From assembly GCA_037444125.1 (NCBI GenBank), contig JBBINA010000005.1:1-63698 (forward strand): 63,698 nt of DNA, read 5' to 3'. Positions 56,422 to 63,698 of this stretch are shown here, piece after piece; within the stretch, counting starts at the first letter, position 1, and every line of letters starts with the position of its first letter. The notes beneath the pieces are model-generated. The model made no database searches, was not told the DNA's origin, and worked only from the letters and a program-made list of their open reading frames with translations. The position numbers and the translations under genes are program-made. This DNA is from a bacterium (GTDB lineage: Bacteria; Patescibacteriota; Minisyncoccia; JBBINA01).

Positions 56422-56862
56422 TTATCGTACATAACCATAAATCATCGCTACAATTAAAACCGCGGCGATACTAAGAATTAACACTATTTGAACTGAAGGA
56501 TCGATTTTGGAAAAATCAATTGTATGAACGACTACTGTTGACGGCACCATAATCCATCTTTCAACGATTAGATATTCAATACCTGAATATGTAACCGCCT
56601 TTACCATCACATAATATTGACCAGGCGCGGGATAAACATGCGGTAAGCGAAGTTCGCGAGTTCTTTTAATAGTTCCATCTCCAAAATGCCATATGTATTC
56701 TTTGACTTCATAAAAAACTTGGGTTTGTCGAATTTCAAACCAAATTGTATTTGAACCTGATGCGTGCCAAAACAAACTAGTTTGTGTTTGCGAAAAGCCT
56801 TCTTTGTTGGGTGTAATAAGTATACTCGCTACAGCTATGACTAGCCATAACAAATTTTTCAT
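56422..56862 (-). CDS. Single-PKD-domain surface protein with a C-terminal TM helix
   Basis: YIWHFGDG...HVYPAPGQYYV; signal peptide; C-terminal hydrophobic helix; AAGGAG RBS. Confidence 0.85.
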   Translation of the reverse strand: MKNLLWLVIAVASILITPNKEGFSQTQTSLFWHASGSNTIWFEIRQTQVFYEVKEYIWHFGDGTIKRTRELRLPHVYPAPGQYYVMVKAVTYSGIEYLIVERWIMVPSTVVVHTIDFSKIDPSVQIVLILSIAAVLIVAMIYGYVR

Positions 56863-56876
56863 CTGAAATCATCTCC

Positions 56877-57623
56877 TTAAAAACATAAAGGTCCATATGG
56901 CGCGATATTACAGCTAAACGCTACCATAAATTTTATGATAGCAATTATTAGAACTATTCCAGAATGTTGCTCAATTTGCCACTTTACATTAATAACTTTT
57001 GCTGTTTCGTGACAGCGGTTATCTATTGTGCAAGAGCGTAAAAAAACTCGATAAATTCCGCTTTCTTTATAGCGATGATTTACTTGTTCGCCCGCACGTA
57101 TGTAAGATTGAATGCCGTCACCAAAATCCCAAATATAATAGGCTGGTTGCGATGCGATAATTTGGGGTTTAAAAATAATATTGTAACTCCTTGATTCTTG
57201 CTGGGCTGAAAAATTTACCAATGGACCTGGTCTTTGCGTTTCGTCATAAACCATTAAAGCATAAATTGCTTCAGCTGTTCGATTTTCTTTATCAACAACA
57301 CGTAGTCTTACTTTAACAAGTCCTATCGATTTAAAAACCCATGTGCCAAATGGAAAATCTGTTATTTGGTCGGTGCTGCCGTTATTGTCGTAATCCCAGT
57401 AATAATATCGTATTTCTCCCTTTGAACTGCGGGCGTCAAAAACAATCTGTTCGCCTTTTATAATTTTGAAAGGACTATGAGTAAAATAAGCGATAGGAGC
57501 TTTTGTAGGTCGGCTTCTTTGCGTTTGGGCAAAAATTATCGTACTATTGTCAATTAACAAAATCGTTAAGACAAATAGAAAAAGCGAAACCCATATCTTC
57601 CCAAATTGGTTTTTTTTTAACAT
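56877..57623 (-). CDS. Two-PKD-domain surface protein
   Basis: FDARSSKG..YYWDYDNNG and YIWDFGDG...HRYKESGIYRV. Confidence 0.85.
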   Translation of the reverse strand: MLKKNQFGKIWVSLFLFVLTILLIDNSTIIFAQTQRSRPTKAPIAYFTHSPFKIIKGEQIVFDARSSKGEIRYYYWDYDNNGSTDQITDFPFGTWVFKSIGLVKVRLRVVDKENRTAEAIYALMVYDETQRPGPLVNFSAQQESRSYNIIFKPQIIASQPAYYIWDFGDGIQSYIRAGEQVNHRYKESGIYRVFLRSCTIDNRCHETAKVINVKWQIEQHSGIVLIIAIIKFMVAFSCNIAPYGPLCF

Positions 57624-57691
57624 CGTGTATCCCCCCTTGGATACAAAGGTTCATTTATATCTTAACACACTAAAGTTATAAAGTCAAATTT

Positions 57692-59023
57692 TTATTGGGC
57701 CTGAGTGGTTGTGTTCGTGATGTTTGAGTTTTCTAATGTTGGTTGTGAAGTAGTTGGGGCTTTAAGGGTTTCATTAACGATCGCTTCATTAAGGGTTTCC
57801 GTTGATGTTGCTTGTTCCGGCATTGATTCTTCAGGAGAGCTGGTGATATTATTTAATTCGGTTTCTGATTTATTTGGTTCAATATAGCGGGTAGGCAGAT
57901 TATGATTAATAATCCAGTAATCAAAATTAAGCACCTTAACGCCATCATGGCTAAAACTGATTTCAAAGCCTTCTCCTTCTACTCTTTTTGATATCCACCA
58001 ATTTGACATTGGGTCATTTAAAAAAGTAATAAAAATAATTGAATTTTCCTTTACAAAGGGTTCGCGTATAAATAGAGCGTTTGAGTCAAGTAATGTTTCT
58101 ATGTGTCCTGTTATTTGATTTTTTAATTGCGTATTGGAAGTTTCAATAGAATTGGTTGCTGTGCTAACGGCCTCATTATTAAAAAAAGTTGAAGTTGCAA
58201 GTTGGTTTTCAACAAGTTTCTCATTTAACTTATCAATTTTTTCATTAAGTTTAATAAGTTCAGCTAGGATAGTTTTAATTTCGGTAAAAATGGCACTTAT
58301 TTTGTTTATTAAATAAACAAATAAGTTTTTTATACTTGACCAAAAACCTTCATTTTGCTCTGGGGTGCTGGTGGCTTGGAGGCTTGAGTTTAATAAATTC
58401 ATTTTCATTTCCTCGGCCGCAGCTTTTAAAGAGTCATTTTGTAAAGGTTCGGTTTTTAATTCTTGGAGCACTTTTTTTAAATCATCAGTATCAAAAACGA
58501 GAATAGCATTAGTGGCATTACTTAAAAAATTATGCTTGAGAAGTTCGGTAATTAAATTATCTTCTTCTTTAATTTTTTGCTCCTGCATAAATTTTTCCAA
58601 AGTAATAATCCTACGGCGAGGAATCATTTCTTGGTCCCAGTTTAGTTCATCAGTCAAACCGCCTACTGAAAGTGTGAGATAATAGTCTTTTGCATTAAAA
58701 TCAAAGTTTATTTTATTGTATCGTCCCAAAATAACTTGAAAATAGCCATCGGTTCCAACTTTGACTTTATGGAGGCCAACAAACATCTCTTGCCAAACCA
58801 AATTGCCGCCAAGTTCTTCATCATATATGAGAAATTTAAAATTATATTTTCCGGCTGGCAGTAAATTTCCCTTGTTATCAGTCAAAGTTCCTTTAAATAA
58901 AATTCTTAAAGACTGGCTTTCTTTTTTAAAATCAACTTGCGCCTTGGTTATAGATATTGTCAAAAATAATAAAAATAAGAATAAGAAAACAAAGACTATT
59001 AACTTTTTATTTAATTTCGCCAT
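57692..59023 (-). CDS. Secreted protein with the terminal domains typical of CPR giant surface proteins but no large passenger region
   Basis: FKGTLTDNKG...YNFKFLIYD...GG..VWQE...GYFQVILG at the N-terminus; coiled coil; IFITF...WWISKR...FEISF...FDYWII near the C-terminus. Confidence 0.6.
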   Translation of the reverse strand: MAKLNKKLIVFVFLFLFLLFLTISITKAQVDFKKESQSLRILFKGTLTDNKGNLLPAGKYNFKFLIYDEELGGNLVWQEMFVGLHKVKVGTDGYFQVILGRYNKINFDFNAKDYYLTLSVGGLTDELNWDQEMIPRRRIITLEKFMQEQKIKEEDNLITELLKHNFLSNATNAILVFDTDDLKKVLQELKTEPLQNDSLKAAAEEMKMNLLNSSLQATSTPEQNEGFWSSIKNLFVYLINKISAIFTEIKTILAELIKLNEKIDKLNEKLVENQLATSTFFNNEAVSTATNSIETSNTQLKNQITGHIETLLDSNALFIREPFVKENSIIFITFLNDPMSNWWISKRVEGEGFEISFSHDGVKVLNFDYWIINHNLPTRYIEPNKSETELNNITSSPEESMPEQATSTETLNEAIVNETLKAPTTSQPTLENSNITNTTTQAQ

Positions 59024-60719
59024 CTGTCAATTTTGATTTATAGCTTCTTTTGTAAATTAAATATAAAAGCGTTATTAAGAGAGAAATTAACAGAATTAAA
59101 TTTATAACCACCAAAATATTATCTGGATCCTGATACCAATAAATATAGGTAATGCCGATTTCAATATTTTTATTAATAACCCGGTCTACTACTTCAAATG
59201 GTTCAGTTTCGTATTTTTCATTTGTAGGCTGATTAACTGCTTCAAGATAGTAAATTCCAGCAGGAACCATAAAGCCATATTCGCCTCTTTCGTTGGTAAA
59301 TTGAGGATTTTTTTGGTCATAATTATAGCCAGGCCACATTTCAAAAATATTTTTATTTTTGTTTTTATGATAAAGAGTTATTTTGGCGCTTGAAACCTTT
59401 TCTTCTTCAAATTTTTCTTGAAGCGATATAATAGTTAATTTTTTAAATAAGGCTATTTTCTGACGAATTATCCGGCGATAAACATAACCATAAGGATCAA
59501 TAAGAATTTCACCCACTTCAACTAGATCAACGGAGCCATCTTTATAGATAATCATTAATTTTATGTTATATTTTCCTCCGGCAAATAGAGGCGTTTTAAA
59601 ATCTACTATGTAATTTCGGTTAGAATTTTCATATCTAAATAAATGTTCTTCAAGGTTAGCAAATGAAAAGATAATTTGAGTCGGTTGTTTCTTAAAATTC
59701 TGCTTGTTTAAGGTTATCTTAACTTGTTGGTTGGGAAAATAATGGATTCTCAATTTCTTTAATTTCTGCACTTTTGGCGCTTCGCCAAGTTCAAGCCTTA
59801 ATTCACCGTTTTTTATGTCAACTTGAGCATTGTTAAGTAATAACTTTTCTGTTTCTTTGACCGACACTTTTAGTTCTTCACCCATTCGTTTAATTGGTTT
59901 TAAATTATCAATGATATCATAGGAAGGAAAAATTATTTTTAAAATTGTGCCGCTTGAAACATTACCACTTGTATCAACACTGAATAATGTGTAATAAAAA
60001 GTTTCGCCTTGAATAATATCTTCGTCAATAAAACTTTCGTTGGTGCCTTCGTAAATTTTTCTGCCGGAAAAAGGACTTGTTGGAGGCTCTCTTGTGTCTT
60101 TTAGCAAAATAACATTACTAAAATCGCTATCTATTGGGTTTGACCAAAATAAATAAATACCTAAACCTTTTATTTCAGCGGTAAAATTTGAAGGATTGGC
60201 TGGAGGTTCGTTGTCTTGCTTAGAGAGTGTGCGAAAATTAAAAACTTGCGAAGTTATTCTATTGCCTTGATTGTCTTTTGCGACTATTTGATAGTAATAG
60301 AGAGTATCTTCTTTTAAGTTTTGAAGGCTAAAGATATGTTCATTTTGGAACGAATTATCCCATATAGTTTTATCGAAGTCATATGAAAAGCCGTAATTTA
60401 ACTCGCCAAAACTATTCTTATTAGTCGTAAATTTTATTTTTAAAAAATTTGCTCCAATTTCAAGCACTTCAATATTAATAATCACAAAGGGTTGTTGTTG
60501 ATTAATCATTATTCCTTGTCCGCCATTTCCTTGTATTAAAGGCGTTGTTGTTGATTCAGGAGGCGTGCTGGTTGTGGTTGTGCTGATAACTTGCGCAGTA
60601 ATAACCAACTCCTGAGTTGAAGTTGCGGCTACTGCATTTATTTTTTTAGTGAACAGAAGGACACCTACAGTTATTATCCAAAAGAGTAAAAAAAAAATTA
60701 CTAAAGAAAAGTTTTTCAT
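59007..60719 (-). CDS. Surface protein: two Fn3-like domains, carboxypeptidase-regulatory-like domain, C-terminal TM helix
   Basis: NLKEDTLYYYQIVAKD, PPANPSNFTA...YYTLFSVD and NPQFTNERGEYGFMVPAGIYYLE; TM LVVINLILLISLLITLLYL. Confidence 0.78.
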   Translation of the reverse strand: MKNFSLVIFFLLFWIITVGVLLFTKKINAVAATSTQELVITAQVISTTTTSTPPESTTTPLIQGNGGQGIMINQQQPFVIINIEVLEIGANFLKIKFTTNKNSFGELNYGFSYDFDKTIWDNSFQNEHIFSLQNLKEDTLYYYQIVAKDNQGNRITSQVFNFRTLSKQDNEPPANPSNFTAEIKGLGIYLFWSNPIDSDFSNVILLKDTREPPTSPFSGRKIYEGTNESFIDEDIIQGETFYYTLFSVDTSGNVSSGTILKIIFPSYDIIDNLKPIKRMGEELKVSVKETEKLLLNNAQVDIKNGELRLELGEAPKVQKLKKLRIHYFPNQQVKITLNKQNFKKQPTQIIFSFANLEEHLFRYENSNRNYIVDFKTPLFAGGKYNIKLMIIYKDGSVDLVEVGEILIDPYGYVYRRIIRQKIALFKKLTIISLQEKFEEEKVSSAKITLYHKNKNKNIFEMWPGYNYDQKNPQFTNERGEYGFMVPAGIYYLEAVNQPTNEKYETEPFEVVDRVINKNIEIGITYIYWYQDPDNILVVINLILLISLLITLLYLIYKRSYKSKLTDGEIK

Positions 60720-61723
60720 TGCACATTATTTATTTTATTTAAGTGCCGATTTATTATCCATTGATTGTATCGCTTGATGCCAATAAATCCTAATATAATC
60801 AGCAAAATAATTATTATTGCGCTTGTTAGTAAAAGCTCCCAGGGTAATACCCAAAATGTTAGCATATCGTTAGCCTGTTTGCCGTTTGAGCCGTATTCAA
60901 GGGTTAAGTAAGCTGAATATCTACCTAAAGCAAAATTGTGTCTTTCATATTCAAGCCATTCAAAAAAGTTTTTTGGTTGTTGATTTTGAATTTTTGAATT
61001 TTGATTTGCCTGCCAAGCGACATTATATTTTCTAATTGAACCTCGTAAAATATTACCTTTAAGGGGATTAGCTTGAAATAATATAGTTGTCCGTCCAAGT
61101 AAGTTTTTTATTTCAATACTTCCTTGAGGTTTTAAATGAACATTACCAGAATTTTCAAACCTCCAGTAAAAATTAATAGGTCGCGCTTTATATAATTTTT
61201 TATTCTGAAACAAACCAAATTCAAGAAGCCTACCCTCTTCTTTTATATCGCCAGCAACTTTTATTAAAACTAGTGCGCCAATTTTGCCGCTAATAGAAAC
61301 ACCGCTTCCGCCAACATCACTTGGTGGTTGTGTGCCTAAAAATATGCCGCCGTAATGTCCTCCGGCTGAAGCAGTTTCAGGAATTTTTATTTCAATGGGT
61401 ATTTCTTTGCGTTCGCCCGGTTGAAACTCAATTGGTTGATTATTTAAAATAAACCATGAAGCCATTTCGCCTTCTTCAGTTGTCTCATAAAAAAAAGGTT
61501 CGCCTCGCTCTTCTTCTTTAGCCTTAAAATTCATTGTTGATAAATAATAAGAGCCAAGTGAACTTGATTCATTAAAAACTTTGAGCGTGATTATTAATTT
61601 ATCGCCGGGATTGCCTTGAAGTTCAAAAACAGGCGGTGAAATAGTAAGAGCATAACTTCTAAGAGGCAGCGTAAAAATAAATAAAAGTGCCCAGAATGCA
61701 AATTTTCTAAACATAACAATCAA
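60716..61723 (-). CDS. DUF916/DUF3324-like (WxL-interacting, CscA-like) membrane-anchored protein
   Basis: ISPPVFEL...PG...VFN, PETASAGGHYGGI, FENSGNVHLKPQGSIEIKN and GRYSAYLTLEYG; C-terminal TM helix. Confidence 0.75.
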   Translation of the reverse strand: MIVMFRKFAFWALLFIFTLPLRSYALTISPPVFELQGNPGDKLIITLKVFNESSSLGSYYLSTMNFKAKEEERGEPFFYETTEEGEMASWFILNNQPIEFQPGERKEIPIEIKIPETASAGGHYGGIFLGTQPPSDVGGSGVSISGKIGALVLIKVAGDIKEEGRLLEFGLFQNKKLYKARPINFYWRFENSGNVHLKPQGSIEIKNLLGRTTILFQANPLKGNILRGSIRKYNVAWQANQNSKIQNQQPKNFFEWLEYERHNFALGRYSAYLTLEYGSNGKQANDMLTFWVLPWELLLTSAIIIILLIILGFIGIKRYNQWIINRHLNKINNVQ

Positions 61724-61777
61724 GTTTTTAAATATTCAAAAATTCAAATTAGTTTTTCGCTATTGCTATTACTTTTA

Positions 61778-62815
61778 TTAGAATGTTCCTGTTGATATTA
61801 AGGTAACAGTATGGCTATAGCTTCCTGAAGGCGTTGTGCCGTTAATTGAAGCCGCAAAGCACAAAGTAACTGCATCTGTAATTGGCCCAGTTGCTCCGGC
61901 AAAGGTTTGTGCTGTTCCGGTAATTGCTGTGGCTGGGTTGCCATCGCATACACCTGTTTCTTGAGCTATTGTCTGGCCTGAGTCACTTGTTGATACTCCA
62001 TATTCTTCTGAGCCAGCAGTAACTATGCCGTCGCTAACATCATTTATATCGTTTCCGTCGAACCTTAAATTGCCGTCTTCAAGTATAGTTGCCGAATATC
62101 CGCCGGCCGCGTTAGTTGTTGTAGTAGCGACAATTGTAGTTGTTGCTACTGCTGAGACAGATAAGGTGCCAAGGTTAGCGCTACTTGCCGAAACAGTAAA
62201 AGTGATGGTTGGATCAACGGTTGCCGAAATGGTTACTTGATCTGGGCTAGTAATAGCCACAGCTAATTGGCCTGAATCTCTTACAGTTGAACAAGTCGCC
62301 GGATCGTCAGTGCAGGTTTTAACTGTAATAATCTTTGAACCGCTACTGCTAGGATTAGTTATCTTGTCGTTGATGATAGTTACAGTGCTAGTCGCATTAG
62401 CTAATGAGGCGCCTGTGCATAATTTTAAAGAAATATAAGAGGTTGTTGTGGCTAAATAAAATTGGTTAGATGCAGAACAGGCCGATGTGCTTGTGCCGGT
62501 GAAGGAAGTTGTTCCATCGGTCATAGTAACATCGTCGAAAGTAAGATTTGCATAGGTAAACCCAGAGTCTAGCTCAAGTCTTACTCCTCCGCCAGCCGGA
62601 GTGGTTTGCGTGGGCACAAATTGTATTGTATGGTTAGAGGTTGCGCTTGTTTGTAATCTAGTCATTGTGTCTTTAAGATTGCTTAAATTTCCTGCATCTA
62701 TCTCGAAAATCGGGGGTAGATATATAGATAATAAAGAAATTGTTAAAATTATAGTTGTCAATTTTCGGCTAAATGAACTAAATGATTTTAATTTATTATA
62801 AATTCTCATCCTCAT
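61778..62815 (-). CDS. Secreted T/S-rich protein with a C-terminal WxL-like domain
   Basis: DQVTISATVDPTITF, NLGTL, TNAAGGY, EEYG and AASINGTTPSGSYSHTVTLISTGTF. Confidence 0.7.
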   Translation of the reverse strand: MRMRIYNKLKSFSSFSRKLTTIILTISLLSIYLPPIFEIDAGNLSNLKDTMTRLQTSATSNHTIQFVPTQTTPAGGGVRLELDSGFTYANLTFDDVTMTDGTTSFTGTSTSACSASNQFYLATTTSYISLKLCTGASLANATSTVTIINDKITNPSSSGSKIITVKTCTDDPATCSTVRDSGQLAVAITSPDQVTISATVDPTITFTVSASSANLGTLSVSAVATTTIVATTTTNAAGGYSATILEDGNLRFDGNDINDVSDGIVTAGSEEYGVSTSDSGQTIAQETGVCDGNPATAITGTAQTFAGATGPITDAVTLCFAASINGTTPSGSYSHTVTLISTGTF

Positions 62816-62955
62816 ATTTATTTTTTAATATTTAATAATTAATTTATATTTTATATTATATCGAAATATTTTATTTTAAAATTTTACTTATCTATAATAA
62901 AATTGCAATATAATAAATTGTGGATAACTTTTAGAGGCCGCACCTGCAAAAAATT

Positions 62956-63698
62956 TCAATAGGTGCTGGTGATAATAAATGTTAGGGTGGTAGAATAAAC
63001 GCCAATTTCAGTTGAATTAGAGATATTGGCCATATAACAAATAGTAAAGGTAGTCGCGGCAGAGGGTTCTAAAGCTGAGGCAATAGTATTGCCAGAAACA
63101 AACTTAAATTGATTGGCGGTTCCGTATTCAGAGGCAGCCGTGCCTGAACCGCCTGAAGGATTGGCGCCGCAGGCAGGCGAAGTATTAGCCACAAGGTTAA
63201 TGCCGAATTGCTCGGTTCCGGGGTTAGACCCTGTTGGAGTTGAAAGTGCGTTTATAGTATAAGAAGGGTTTACGGTATGAGTAAGAGTATTGCCTGAAAT
63301 GGTAATAATATAACCTGAAGCTCCGTTTGTGGAAGCTGACATTGTCATTGTAGAAGTTGAGACTGAAAGTGTCGATAAGGTCCCAAGGTTAATAGCGTTT
63401 GTACTTAAGGAAAAAGAAATCGAAGGCGTAATGGTAAAACCGTCAGAGCTTACATAATTAGACGCGGTATTTGCGTTGTTATATGCTCGTACTTGAAAAT
63501 AATAAACCAAATTTGGAACTAAAGTCAAACCACTTAAAGTTGTGGAAGTAGAAGTAGTAAAAAAAGTGAAGCTTGAAGCTTGCCAAGAAGCGCCATTCCA
63601 GAAATAATTATCAGACTGCCTCCTGAAAGAATATTCATAAGTATTAGTTTGGCGAAGGCTAGATTCTGCATCAGAAAATCCTGACCAATTAGCCGAAG
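62956..63698 (-). CDS. 3' part of a surface protein: Fn3-like domain plus C-terminal WxL-like domain; starts outside the window
   Basis: Frame open to the window edge (SANWSGFSDAESS...YYFQVRAYN); NLGTL, TNGASGY, EQFGINL and YMANISNSTEIGVYSTTLTFIITSTY. Confidence 0.72.
   Translation of the reverse strand, partial: SANWSGFSDAESSLRQTNTYEYSFRRQSDNYFWNGASWQASSFTFFTTSTSTTLSGLTLVPNLVYYFQVRAYNNANTASNYVSSDGFTITPSISFSLSTNAINLGTLSTLSVSTSTMTMSASTNGASGYIITISGNTLTHTVNPSYTINALSTPTGSNPGTEQFGINLVANTSPACGANPSGGSGTAASEYGTANQFKFVSGNTIASALEPSAATTFTICYMANISNSTEIGVYSTTLTFIITSTY

Overview
AT-rich bacterial chromosome segment using genetic code 11 (TGA, TAG and TAA all end genes). Compact gene order, a short EF-Ts, mostly absent Shine-Dalgarno motifs and typical surface-protein families suggest a Patescibacteria/CPR (Parcubacteria-like) genome; this is an inference, not a search result. 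The window opens on the 3' end of a probable site-specific recombinase that reads into tRNA-Ala. The first ~35 kb is mainly housekeeping: cca, iscS, secDF, xseAB, fmt, trpS, rplT-rpmI-infC, rsmA, trmD, khpA, mutM, rpsB-tsf, valS, rdgB, corA and six of the window's seven tRNAs. It also holds a five-gene DUF2156/membrane/histidine-kinase module, a glycosylation block whose RmlB has an extra N-terminal HTH-like segment, and three decayed genes. The most striking feature is a 13-kb same-strand cluster (35530-48525). It comprises an S8 protease, two tandem secreted N/T/G/D-rich four-repeat proteins with CxxC loops and very strong RBSs, a membrane-anchored 1110-aa protein with the same repeats, and several TasA-like/Ig/beta-helix/PKD surface proteins. 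I read it as a candidate undescribed extracellular fibre or matrix system. After clpB come a DUF2334 + GH113-like + processive GT2 polysaccharide module and a second surface-protein cluster (WxL-like, DUF916-like, Fn3, PKD) that runs off the window end. All family names come from motif recognition by eye; no database searches were run.
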